Source: Hyaloraphidium curvatum SAG 235-1
Taxonomy: Eukaryota; Fungi; Monoblepharomycota
NCBI GenBank assembly: GCA_025558095.1
Contig: JAIVFI010000023.1
Span: forward strand, 186,001-250,000
Length of the DNA stretch: 64,000 nt
Direction: 5' to 3'
Part shown: positions 34,391 to 46,496 of the stretch, one piece after another
Layout: each line of letters opens with the position of its first letter
How positions within the stretch are numbered: position 1 is the first letter of the stretch
The notes under the pieces: model-generated
Seen by the model: the letters and a program-made list of their open reading frames with translations, nothing else
The model's database searches: none
Told to the model about the DNA's origin: nothing
Position numbers and translations under genes: made by a program

Positions 34391-35976
34391 ATGAGGAACA
34401 TCTGCGTTTTCGCCGGGTCGTCGCACCCGAAGCTGACGGAGGCGATCTGCGACACTCTCGGTATCCAGCCGGGCAAATGCTCGCTTTCAAAGTTCTCGAA
34501 CCGGGAAACCAACGTGCAAATCGGCGTGTCGGTCCGGCAGAACGACGTCTACATCGTCCAATCTGGCTGCGGAAACGTGAACGACAACTTCATGGAGATG
34601 CTGATCATGGTGTCGGGCTGCAAGATCGCGAGCGCTCGGTGGGACCCTGGAAACCGCAGGCAACGTCCCTGCGGGTCCGGCTGACGCCATCGGCCGTCCG
34701 CAGCAAGGTGGTGGCCGTGATACCGTGCTTTCCTTATGCACGGCAGCCGGAAACTCCGTACAAGAGGGGCACACTGCCGTTGAACCGGGTGCCCGTGGAG
34801 GAAATGGACAAGTTCGCAAGCATGTTCGGCGGTGAGCAAGCAGGAAGTCGCAAAACTCGGTACCGTAACACGGCGTGGTCATTCAGCCAAGGACTACAGC
34901 AACGTCGTGTCCCCGACGCGGGAATCGCAAGGGTCTGCGGCTTCGAACGGGACGGCGGAGCTCGGGGAGGAGGCGCGCGGAAGCCACCGGCCGCCGAACA
35001 GCAACGTCGTGCCTTCGCCGAGCCGTTCCCGACACGCATCCAATTCCGACGGGCTCCCGCTCGGAGACAGAGTTGCCGACGACGCCATCGTCACGAAGCT
35101 CTCCGCGGTACCTCCGACGACTCCGAGCATGGAGCAGGGCACCAGTGGCGGTGTTTTCGTCCCGGGAATCAACCCCAATCCCACGACGGGCTACAAGCAT
35201 TGGGCAGCGCGCTCCGGGACGCTGATAGCGAACCTGCTCATGTGTGCAGGTGCGAGAGCTCATCGTTCCCCTCTCTGTGGTTGAAGGTGACCGACAGGTT
35301 GCAGGCGCTGATCACATCATCACCATGGATCTGCACGACCCGCAGTTCCAAGGCTTTTTCGATATTCCGGTGGACAACCTGTTTTCGCAGCCCCTCATCA
35401 TTCGCTTCATAAAGGACGAGTTTCCGGACTACAAGAACGCAATCATCGTTTCGCCGGACGCGGGGGGTGCGAAGAGGCAAGACTATCGGGCCACTTCTCT
35501 CGCGCATGTCTGACTTGGCTGGTTGTTCACGACAACACAGGGCAACGGCAATAGCGGACCGGCTAGGATGCGACTTTGCGCTGATCCACAAGGACCGGCG
35601 GAGAACAAACAACGGCGGGACCGATTCGCTGATCCTCGTCGGCGACGTGCGAGGCAAAGTTTGCATAATGGTGGACGACATCGCGGACACGTGCCTGACG
35701 CTGACGAAGGCCGCGCGCGTGCTCGTAGACAACGGCGCGACGCGGATTGCCGCGATTGTCACGCACGGCATCATGTCGGGAGACGCCGTAGAGCGCATCC
35801 GCTCCTCTGCCATCGACGAACTAATTGTGAGCAACACCGTGCCGCAGGAGGCTCATCTGGAGAAGCTTGGGCCGAGCCGGCTGCGCGTGTTTGATGTGGC
35901 GCCTCTGCTGGCGGAAGCGATTCGGCGGGTTCACAACGGAGAATCGCTGTCGCTACTTTTCGAGAATATGAATTAG
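34391..35976 (+). CDS. PRS5: Ribose-phosphate pyrophosphokinase, fungal Prs5-type with a long insertion
   Basis: [21 protein letters not shown] followed by a long Ser/Pro-rich insert, [36 protein letters not shown] and [11 protein letters not shown]. Confidence 0.9.
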
Positions 35977-36012
35977 CATGTTGACGTTCGCACACATTCC
36001 TGCTGGGACTGC

Positions 36013-37130
36013 CTAGGACCACCCAGTCCACTCCGTCGAGTAGTATTTCGGCGGCCCTTCTTCGGAGGCAATGGCGACAAGGCGGTTCTTCTTGACCACC
36101 GTCCCCAACCTGCCGAGCGTCACGATGTCCACAAGGGGTATCTTGGTGCACGGACCGACGACCGTCACGGTGAAATGGCTATGGTAGCGAAGCGGATCCC
36201 CTGATGTCATGGTCAGCAATGTGCAGCCTTCGTCCATTCTGGCCGCACACACCAGGGTAAGCCAGGTAATTAGCGCCAAACTTGGATCCGGATGAAAGGA
36301 ACAGACCGCGCTTCCAGAGATCGTAAAACACGGCCGCCCGGTTGCATTCTTGCTCCCTTTTCGGCCAGGGAAACGCCGACTTTGCTGCCGGAGCTGGGCG
36401 ATACCACGGCAAGTCGGCCGAACTCGTCTTGACCCGCGAGAGCAGCGAATCCGAAGCCGTGGTCCGCTTCTGTCCCACCGTGTCCGCTGCAGGATCCTCC
36501 GAAACCTCCGAGAAAAGAACTGAATCAACCTCGGTCGCGGACGGTCCCGAGGCGACATCAGCGGCTTCGGCCAGAGCCCTGACTTCGGGCCTAAACCGCT
36601 TCGAACGCTCGGCCGCGGCTGCTTCGAGCCGTTTGTTGCGCACATCCATCGCCCAGGCCCGCTCGGCGGCGTCGAACTCGGCAATCTCTTTCGATGTCGG
36701 CGGACTGTGCGCCTCGTCGTCGCGATACAGATTGCACAAACCTTGGGCGCAAAAAGCGTCTGAGCCCAGGATGCAAACCGTTGGAACCTTACGCACCTTC
36801 CTGCACAAGAACGTAGACTTCCTCCGGCAGGAGAGAGAGCGGCATGGAGAAGAAGATGTTCTGCTGCGGGTTCCGGGGGAGGCTGCCTATGAGGGAGCCA
36901 ACGATCCGATGCTTCGTCCGCAAGGTGAGCACATCTGAGCGGTCTTTCAAGTTAAAGGAGGAACGGGGACGCATCCGGGTGGGGAGCGTGGACGCACCGT
37001 CGGGTGCCCACACGAACGCATTGGAACCGTTCGTGCTGACCGCGATCCTCCGATCCTGCCGGGGTTCGACGGCAACAATCTCCCCAGGAGGAGATGCACT
37101 GCTGGTCGAGCCCTCGGCCGTAGCATCCAT
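36013..37130 (-). CDS. SEN34: tRNA-splicing endonuclease catalytic subunit Sen34
   Basis: [65 protein letters not shown] and GRLGTVVKK (Tyr/His/Lys triad). Confidence 0.95.
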
Positions 37131-38074
37131 GTTGCCCACCCCCGACACGGGGCACCTGAGGAGGTCCGAGTTCCGCGACGTCTACGAGCCCGCAGGTCCT
37201 GGGGGCCGAGAATCGGCCAATCGCGGGCGCCTGAATGTACCTCTGCACAGAGGATACCTTTCTGCTCCTCGATGCGCTCGACGGAGACGCCGATGAGCTA
37301 CTTGCCAGGGGGCCGACTGTTTGCGTCGAACTCGGGTGAGCCTTCACGGTCCCGGAGTGCCGTGCCCCAAACCAACTCTGCTCCCCAGATGCGGATCCGG
37401 TTGCGTTTCTGCCTTTCTGGCGCGCCTATTGGGTCCCACGACTGCTGGTAAGGAGCGCGATTCGCACGCACGGAGCAACCTTCCAACTGGGACCGCGGGC
37501 ACCCCCAGTCACGTACTGCGTGGACATAAACGGGGCCGCCCTGAGGGCGACGCGCGAAACAGCATTGAGGAACTCGGTACGGCAGCATGTGGGCCCGGGC
37601 AAAGGCGGACCCGGTGACGGGATCGGAGCAGGTGCAGCTCGACATTGTCCGGGCCGATCTCGCGGCTCCCTTTCTCAAGCGGCTGAGCGGATCGGTTGAC
37701 GTCCTGCTGTTCAATCCGCCGTACGTGCCAACGGACTCGTCCGAGATTGCTGGAGACGGCATTGCGGCCAGCTGGGCCGGTGGGACGGAAGGGATGGAGG
37801 TCACCAACCGGCTGCTTCCCCATGTCCAGGTGGGGCTCACGGATCCCGCAGAAGGCTACCCGGTTATGACCTCGGCTCCCAAACCCAGGCGCTCCTTTCT
37901 CCAGGGGGGGTGTTCTACCTAATCGCGGTCGCGGAGAACAAGCCCGATCGGATCCTCGAAACGATGCGCCGCGACCATGGCTTGCCCGGGAAAGTGGTCA
38001 TCGAGCGGTCGGCCGGTCGCGAGCGGCTTTCTGTGCTGAGATTCGACAAAGCTCGGTCGCGGGCACCGCTGTGA
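37129..38074 (+). CDS. MTQ2: eRF1 Gln methyltransferase Mtq2/HEMK2/N6AMT1
   Basis: MLPTP...DVYEPAEDTFLLLDAL, VELGCGSGCV, VDVLLFNPPYVPT, WAGGTEGMEVT and ERLSVLRF. Confidence 0.96.
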
Positions 38075-38457
38075 CTCTACATTGGTGCGCGAACTGGCTC
38101 TGACTCTACATTGTGGGGCGAAAGGGTGATGCGTTCCCGTCGCTGCGACTGCAACTGCGTCCCCGCCGCTGCTTCCCTTGCTAGCCTTGCCGCGGAGCGG
38201 CCCCGCGAGCGCCAGCGAGCCCCGCGTCAGCGGGCACGTTGCCCGCCGCAGGCCCGCTCCCCCGCCGCTGCCTCCCTTGCTAGCTTTGCCGCGGAGCGGC
38301 CCCCGAGCGGCAGCGAGGCAAACCGGATGGGCGCGGCAAGTGCGGGAGGCGGGCCGGAGATGTCGCGGAGGCCGGGAAACGGCGGGGCGGGGCCGGGACG
38401 GGAGTCGATTTCAGGGTACAGGGGTATCGGCAGCCTTGGGCGACCGCTGCTGGGTAT
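38056..38457. repeat. Non-coding insert with internal direct repeats; possible non-autonomous element
   Basis: TGACTCTACATTG twice (38072, 38101); ~60 bp unit CCCCGCCGCTGCYTCCCTTGCTAGCYTTGCCGCGGAGCGGCCCC twice (~38161, ~38260); 32/37 nt match to 26555-26591 in the TE island. Confidence 0.55.
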
Positions 38458-38492
38458 AAGCTCGTGCGCCTCCGTGGCAACGCCGCGTCGTG

Positions 38493-39141
38493 CTATCGAA
38501 ACAGCTTCAGATAGAACCATAGGAATGTCAACGTCGACACCGCAAAGGCCATCAGAATGCACATCCTGTGGCGGCCAGAGGTGAGGCCCGGGCTGCAATG
38601 CGACCAAGCGAGGTCTCTGACCAGCATCCTGCCTGCGTTTTCATGATGTGCGTCAGCCGGCCCATAGTTGTGCCCAGAATGCCCCCTGTCCGGTACATGT
38701 CGTCTTGCTGGACGTGTTTACGAGACGTCAAAGACTGCGTGACCGCTCCGGCCTGCCCGGCACACCGACCATCTGCTTGAACCACTCGCTCTGGCTCCGG
38801 ACCTCCTCTCCAATTTGTAGAGAAACCTCCTTGAGCACTCCAAGCTTCTGCTGGAGCGACTCCACGTGCTCCTCATTCTCCTGTTCCAATAGGTACGCGT
38901 CGCCGGCCGAGTGCAGCGGCTGTCCGTTGTTCACCGGATGCCGGTGATGCATGCGAGGAGTCCCGCCAGCAAGAGCCGGAGACGGTCCCGGCTGTGGGGA
39001 CGGATACCGCCTGGCAAGTCCGAGGCGACAACGTGCACGACGAGGCGGGGGCCGGCCAGGGCAACCCGATAGAAGCGTCATTAGGAAGTACGGTCTTGCG
39101 AAAGTGGAAGAGACGTACGCTAGGCCCCGTGGCCGACTCAT
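38493..39141 (-). CDS. BET1: Qc-SNARE Bet1-like
   Basis: LEQENEEHVESLQQKLGVLKEVSLQIGEEVRSQ SNARE heptads, GGILGTTMGRL and a spliced C-terminal TM (WMCILMAFAVSTLTFLWFYL). Confidence 0.88.
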
Positions 39142-39261
39142 TGTGCGACGTCGTGGTTCGCACCTGGGGCGGTCGTCGCGCGATCAGACCATACCTGCGA
39201 ACGTCGCCCCGCTGAGGCAATGCAGCTTGCCTAGAACACCTGCTTGTCGGATTCGATAGGC

Positions 39262-39671
39262 ATGAAAAGGATGGCGGACGACGGTTGGTCGCCCGGCCGC
39301 CGCTGGGAGGCCACGACCATTGACATCTTCCCGACGCGTTGTCGCACCGAACGCGTCCACTGGACGTCCAGACGACATGGATGCAGAAGATTTCATGGAC
39401 TATGACTCGGGCGAAGCACCCTCAGCCGCGCAGGTGCTGTACGGACGGGACCGGGATCGCGGGGGGCCGCCCATGCTGTTCGAGGACGGGCCCCAGTTCG
39501 GGCTTCGGGGACGGCAGAACAGGGGACCGCAGCAGCCCGACGAGAAGATCGTGGACACCGACTTTTTCAACAGTGCGTTGCGTTGCGGTGTGGTCGAGGG
39601 AGGTCGGTTGTACTGAGCTCTCCAGCGCAGATTTCGGCGCCGACGATTTCGATGACAGCGACATGAAATAG
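39262..39671 (+). CDS. COPS9: COP9 signalosome subunit 9 (CSNAP/Myeov2)-like small acidic protein
   Basis: C-terminal [22 protein letters not shown] matches the CSNAP F/D-rich motif; two GT-AG introns. Confidence 0.8.
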
Positions 39672-39751
39672 GGGAAGGGCTGCTGCCGGCGACACCCTCG
39701 CGTTCCTCTGTCATCCGTTGTATACCCATCTGCCCATCTGTACAATGCCAT

Positions 39752-40940
39752 TTACACTCCGATGCCGCGCTCCGCCCGACGCTTCCACGCCGACAGAGGG
39801 CCCTTGTGCGGCAAGTACTTGGCTGTCGGCGAACCCACAGTGAGCTGGATCCCGGCAGAGAGTCGCGTATGCACCCACCGTAGCACCCGTCGGGGACAAG
39901 CGTGCCGTTCTGGCGCATCTCGCCGTACTCCTCCTTCGAGTAGGGCGTGAAGCCCCACTTGTTCGAGACGACGATGTACTGGCGGCCGGGGAACTTGTAC
40001 TTGGCGCGGCGGAGGGCCTCGACGATGGTCGCCTTGGTGGCCTCCTTTGCGCGGACCGAGATGAGGATCTGGCCGATGTCGACGCGGGCGACGGTGCCGG
40101 TCGGCTTGCCGAAGGCGCCGCGCATGCCGGTTTGGAGCCTGCGCGGCGCAGGGCGTCAGCGACATCCGCGCGACGGCAGGCGGGACGCAACCGACCTGTC
40201 GGCTCCGGCGCACGAAAGCATCTTGTTGATGCGGATGACGTGGAAGGGGTGCACGCGGACCCTCATGTGGAACGAGTCCTTGCCGGCAACCTTGGCGATG
40301 TACTTGTTGGCGCAGATGCGGCCCGCCTCCAGGGCCTCCGAGGAGATCTGCTGGTACTCATCCGAGAGCAGGTGCACGCAGAGCGGGAACTCGTCCACCG
40401 GAGCCTTCTTGCGCCCTGTAGGTCCGTCCGTCAGCTGCCGCCCAACAAAAGCCAGAGGTCGCCGGCCCATAAACCCCGCCCCAGGCCTCCGTGCGGGAGG
40501 TGACCCCATGCTCCCCGTGCCGAGGCTCACCAAGGTCAAAGATCCTGGAGGGGAAAGGTCAGACACAAACGCAGGCCACCAGGCCGGGCCTGCAGTTCAC
40601 GTACCTGATCTTCGGGTCCGGCACACCGCGGCAGAACCGCGATTTCGGGTAGGGCTTGTTCTAGTGGTCCAACGAGGTAGTTCCGTCGCGGGCACACAAG
40701 GCACACCGAGGGCCAATTCCAGCGCGAGAGCGCGATGGGGATAATAGCACATCCAGAGACAATGGAAACAGTCGGAACAAGCCAAACGCGTCCCAGGTAA
40801 CAGAGCGTGGGGTTCGCAGAGGCACAGGTGCGGCGCCAGAGGCGATAGAGGAGTCGCTCCAGTCAGCAGCCGGTCGTCTGGTGGCACCGCAGACGCCCCA
40901 CTTTGCAGTAGCGGTAGCACCGCGCCGGACGACGACCCAT
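39752..40940 (-). CDS. RPL10: 60S ribosomal protein L10 (uL16)
   Basis: [65 protein letters not shown]; 14-nt micro-exon at 40531-40544. Confidence 0.99.
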
Positions 40941-41055
40941 CTTGGTCCGGGGCGAGTGGAGTCGGCGAGGGCGGGGCACGGGTGGTCGGACGCGATGAGT
41001 TTGATAACCTTGCATGCCCTAGTGCGAGAGGAAAGGGAAGAGCATCAACACAAAC

Positions 41056-42248
41056 ATGTCGACACCCCTCACGAAGCTCAAGCTGTCCGCGAAGCAGCGG
41101 AGCCAGCTAGCCAAGGCACGTGCGACCGCGTAGCGATGCGCCGTGGCGGCCGTCTCATGGGCCTCGCAGAGCCTCGGCAGGCCGAAGACCGGCCCCGGCC
41201 GCGCTCCGGAGCCATCGCGCAACGCCGCGAGCTTCAAAGCGGGACACGGACACGCGGCCACGACGTCGCTGAAACGGAAGCGGAGAGATGCAGACTCCGA
41301 TGGCGAGCGCGGGCCGGTCGCGGAGCAAAAGGCGGCGAGAGCTGCCAACGATAGCGCAAAGGACACGGGGGCGGATCTCCCCGGGCGGTTGCGTGCGGCG
41401 CAGTTCCGCTTCATCAACGAGATGCTCTACACATCGTCGAGCTCGGAAGCCTGGGCCAAGACCTCGCAAGACCCGGAGCTGTTGGTCGCCGTGAGCAATC
41501 TCGTCCTGCGAGGCTGCTGCACATTGCCAATCTCTTCGCGCTCCACGCCGTCCCTCTTCCCAGTACCACGAAGGATTCCGCCACCAAGTCGAGCAGTGGC
41601 CGACCAACCCGGTGGACGTCTTCGTTGACCACCTGCGGGACCTCGTCGGTCGGCGCGGGCCGAAGACGCCAGACGGCGCGAAAGCGCGCGAACGGCTTGT
41701 CGTTGCGGACCTGGGTTGCGGCGAGGCAAAGATTGCCCGGACCTTCGATGGGGATAGGCGCGTCAGGATCCACTCGTTCGATCTTGCCGCGGTCAACCGC
41801 TTCGTGACGGCCTGCGACATTGCCCGGACACCGCTCGAGGATCGCTCCGTGGACGTCGCCATCTTTTGCCTCTCACTCATGGGGACAAACTACCTTGACT
41901 TTGTCCGCGAGGCGGTGCGGATCCTCAAAGCAGGGTGAGGAGGACGCTGCGACGTGCTGCGATCGGACCTCGAATGTTCCGCAGGGGCCGGCTCAAGGTC
42001 GCCGAGGTCAAGAGCCGGATAGGTAGCGCGAAAGAGTTTGTCAAGGCAATCGAGTCGTGCGGCGTGCGGCTCGAATCCATGGTAAGGCTGGGTTGGCACC
42101 GCGTCCACAGAAGCTGACTGTGGTCCGCGTTCAGGCCTCGGACAACAAGATGTTTGAGCTCTTCAGCTTTGTCAAGGACGCGCCGAACAAGGCTGCATCC
42201 AGACCGATCTCGTACCCGTTGAAGCCGTGCCTGTACAAGAAGAGATGA
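41056..42248 (+). CDS. RRP8: 25S rRNA m1A methyltransferase Rrp8
   Basis: RLRAAQFRFINEMLYT, YHEGFRHQVEQWPTNPVD, VADLGCGEA, FCLSLMGTNY and LKPCLYKKR. Confidence 0.96.
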
Positions 42249-42339
42249 TGCCGAAAGTGATCATGAATCTTGTCCCTGGCCGCCCACAGCCACATCCCAT
42301 CCTGGACTCCGGACCGTGCTCCGGCGCGCATTCGCGGCC

Positions 42340-45300
42340 ATGTCGGGCGGTGCACCGGCGCATGCTGTCATTAACGGCGCCGGGCCCATGGTGGTCGTGA
42401 CCCCGGCGGATCCCGGGGCGGACGGGGGGGCGGATGGAGCCAACTTGAGGCGGTCCATCACCGTCTCCGGATACCGGAGCCATGTCTTTCCGTCCAAGGG
42501 AGAGCAAATGAAAAAAGTCGCGCAGAGCCTCAAGGACAAGGGCTTCATTCCCCCGGAGCTCGTCGACGCGGAAACGAAGTGGTTCTACTCGTCAGTTCCG
42601 CGCGTTCGCCCAGGGGCCTCGAGAGCTCATTCGCGGTCGCTGCGTACCGGACCAAAAGGAATCTGGGCATCGACGACATGTACTTTGAGCTGGAATCGGT
42701 CCAGACCATCAGTGACCACATCCTCGCTCTCTGTGAGACTGGCATGGCTCCGGCACGACCTTGGGACCCTTCTAACGCGACCGGTCCGGAACGCAGACGG
42801 GGCAAAGATCTTCGCCTTCATCCGCTCCGAGCACTCCCTCGAGATCAATCTCGAGAGGGAGACGGAGGAGAACGCGGTCTACATAAACAGCACCAAGCCT
42901 GGGATCAGTAACCCTGCAGGACCGCAGCACGAGCACCGGATCGATGCCAAGTACTTGGACCCCTCCACCCCGGCGCTCGCATATAGGCTGGAGTCGTACC
43001 GCTCTCTCGGGAGCGTCTCCACGACGATAAGCTCCACGCTGCGCTGCTATTTCGTCAAGCGCTGCGACTTTGTCAAGGCCGACCCCACCCCCGAGGAGGC
43101 CGAGCGGATAGAGCTCGTGTCCGATAAGCTGTTTCTGTCCAAGGCGACCGAGAACACCATCGAGATTTACCAGAAGATCATGAAGGAGGTCCTGAGGCGA
43201 GCCGGACCCGTGATCGAAGTGTTTGAGATTCCGGGCTCGCGGGAGAAGCGACTGGTCATTGGATTCAAGTGAGCGGTAGCACCTCCGCCTGCCCGCCTGC
43301 TCGGCTCACGTCAACGAATGCCAGGCAAAAGAGCACGCAGGGCTTCTTCTCCGCCCTTTCCGATCTTTACCACTTCTACGACCTCTACAGCACAAGGAAG
43401 TACGTCGGTTGGTGTCCAGTCGGGTCCGTCCATGTGGTCTTCGCCTAACCTCAGCCCTCAGAGAACTTTAGCAATGGAGTTACCATCATCTGCCTATACC
43501 TCGCGCCGGTTCCGAACTCGAGGGCACCGCCGATCGAAAGCTCCATCTTCCAGGTCATGAAGGAAGCTTCCCTCATCTATTGCGTTCCCACGACGCCTTT
43601 CCAGGGGCTCTTCCAGACGGGCTTGCTCAGCGTGCAGGAGGCGATCTACGCAAACGTTGGATGGATCTTCTGCCAGCACTTTATCAACCGGTTGCTATCC
43701 TTGGGACGGCGCAGCGCATTGTGCTTGCTGACAGACCTGCAGCCTAGGAAACGACTACGCGTCCCTGTCGTCCATCCTCGACGCCAACAACGCCAGCCAC
43801 GCAGAAGTCTTGACAAAGATCAAAAAGAAGCTGCGGTCGGACACCTTCACCCGCGAATACATCCTCGACATCATCAAGCAGTACCCGGAGCTGATCCGCA
43901 TGTTGTATGTTAACTTTGCCGTCACCCACTACATCCAACCGCCGGAGGGCATTATGAGGTAATCTCGTTCTCTTTGCATCGATCGGCGTCTAACCTAACG
44001 TTGGATCCTCCAAAAGGCCGTCTCTATCTTATCAGCGCATCCAGACTGGCACGTCCGACATAAGTTCTTCCCGTCCGAGCTCTGACGTCGTGACTTCCCG
44101 CAGAGCAAGTCCTCACCGACGAGGAGATCCTGGACAAGATCAAGCACGTTGTCTCGAACTCGCACGAGCAGATTGTTCGTGCCGCTCTTCGAGTCGTCGG
44201 GGATTTGCATACGATTGACTCGCTCTTTGCCCCTTGCCAGGTCTTCGAAACGTTCCTTACCTTCAACCGTCACGTGCTGAAAACCAACTTTTACCAGCCC
44301 ACCAAGGTTGCCATCTCCTTCCGTCTCGACCCCTCGTTCCTTCCCTCGACCGAGTACTCCACGCCGCTCTTCGGCATGTTCCTCGTCGTCGGCTCCGAGT
44401 TCCGCGGTTTCCACCTCCGTTTCCGGGACATTGCCCGCGGCGGCATCCGCATCATCAGATCGCGGAATCGGGAAGCGTACTCCATCAACCTGAGGACGCT
44501 TTTCGACGAGAACTACAACCTGGCATTGACCCAGCAGCGGAAGAACAAGGACATCCCCGAAGGAGGGTCCAAAGGCACGATCCTCCTCGACTTTGATGCG
44601 CTGGACCAACCCAAGGTTGCCTTTGAGAAGTACGTCGATGCCGTCCTGGATCTCTTGATCGTCGGAAAATCACCGGGAATCAAGGAGGTGAGAGGGCATC
44701 GCGATGCTGTGCAGCTCAGATACTCAACGCTGTGAAAGAAAATCGTCGATCTGTACGAGAAGCCCGAGATCCTCTTCTTCGGCCCCGACGAAGGCACGGC
44801 CGACTACATGGATTGGGCTGCGCTGCACGCAAAGAAACGGGGTTACAAGACCTGGAAAGCCTTCACGACCGGCAAGAGCCAGCATCTGGGAGGCATCCCT
44901 CACGACACGTACGGCATGACGACCAGATCGGTACATCAGTACGTCCTGGGGATCCTCAGGAAACTCGGCCTCAAGGAAGAGGATGTCACAAAGGCGCAGG
45001 TCAGTTTTTGATCGTCCGGGCGTTGTCCCGGGAATTGACTCGATATGCAGACCGGAGGGCCTGATGGAGATTTGGGGAGCAATGAAATCAAGATCAGCAA
45101 GGACCGCACCATAGGTTGGCTTCGGGAGGCGGGCAAGTTTCCACGAAGCTAGCTGAACATGAGTTCGCAGCCATCGTGGATGGATCGGGCGTCATTTGTG
45201 ATCCTGCGGGGTTGGACAGGGCGGAGCTGCTAAGGCTTGCGGAGAATCGGCAAATGATCAACAACTTCGACGCCAGCAAGCTCGGCCCTCAAGGGTTTCG

Positions 45301-46316
45301 GGTCCTCGTTGACGAGTACATGGTCGAGCTGCCGGATGGAACCGTCGTGGACAACGGCTTGAAGTTCCGGAACGAGGTTGGCAGGAGAGCGCGTTCTGCG
45401 ATGGCCAGTTATTGAGCACCGCGCAGTTCCACCTCAACCCCCTCTGCGCTGCCGATCTCTTTGTCCCGTGCGGCGGTCGGCCCGAGGCGGTCGACCTCAC
45501 AAACTTCCGTCGGCTATTGAATGTTTCCGGGGAGCCGCGATTCAAGTACATCGTCGAAGGCGCGAACCTCTTCTTTACCCAGGTTCGGCAACCGTCGCAG
45601 GAAAGGAGGCGAACGCTCATCGTTTTCGCGTGCGCAACAGGAGGCTCGCCTCCGATTAGAAGCGGCGGGGGTCGTCGTATTCAAGGATGCTTCGGCAAAC
45701 AAGGGGGGAGTGACCTCGAGCAGCCTGGAGGTCCTGGCCGCACTTGCATTCACCGACGAGGACTTCGAGGCCAACATGCAAGTGCACGGCGACAAGGTAC
45801 CGCAATTCTACAAGGATTACGTTGTCGAAGTGCAGAACATCATCGAGCACAATGCCGGTGGGTTCTACCTTTGCGGCGAAGCTCGCGGTTTCCGATTCGT
45901 GGACCGTTACAGCTCTCGAATTCGAGGCCATTTGGCGCGAAGCTGAAAAGACCAAGAAACCGAAATCGGTTCTCTCCGACGAGCTGTCGTACGCAATCGT
46001 CAAGCTGAACGAGGAGTTGCGGAGCACCTCGCTTTGGGGCAACGTTCCCCTTCGGAATGCGGTGCTCAAGGCAGCTCTGCCCAAGCTCTTGCTGAACCAC
46101 CTCGGGCTGGACACGCTGCTCAAGCGAGTACCGGAAGCGTACATGCAGGCGATCTTTGGGGCCTACCTGGCCAGCCGCTTTGGTGAGTCTTGCCTCGACG
46201 AGGTTCACTACCTGGCACTGATCGAAGGCACAGTGTACGAGTTTGGCGTTTCGCCGTCGCAGTTCGCTTTCTTCTCGTACATGACGGCGCTCAAGGACGC
46301 TGCGGAGAGGAACTAG
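42340..46316 (+). CDS. GDH2: NAD-specific glutamate dehydrogenase (large fungal type)
   Basis: GFHLRFRDIARGGIR, QQRKNKDIPEGGSKG, FFGPDEGTAD, QTGGPDGDLGSNEI, FVPCGGRPEA and KDASANKGGVTSSS. Confidence 0.97.
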
Positions 46317-46496
46317 AGGGCCAGGGACGGAAGGGAGGGGCAGGGACGCCAGAGATAGACTCCGCCGCTTTGTTCATAAGGTTACAGATGCAATTGTACA
46401 ACTCGACGCTTCGAATCCCAAACCCTCCCGAAGTCCGATCTCGTGCATGTGTCCAAGGGTATCGTGAATGGCGCAAGGGGCGTCTACGAGAACCCT

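Noticed and set aside
34745-35200. Large insertion in PRPP synthetase as an intein or mobile insert
   Set aside because: Low-complexity, no intein termini, and the position matches the known non-homologous region of fungal Prs5-type subunits.
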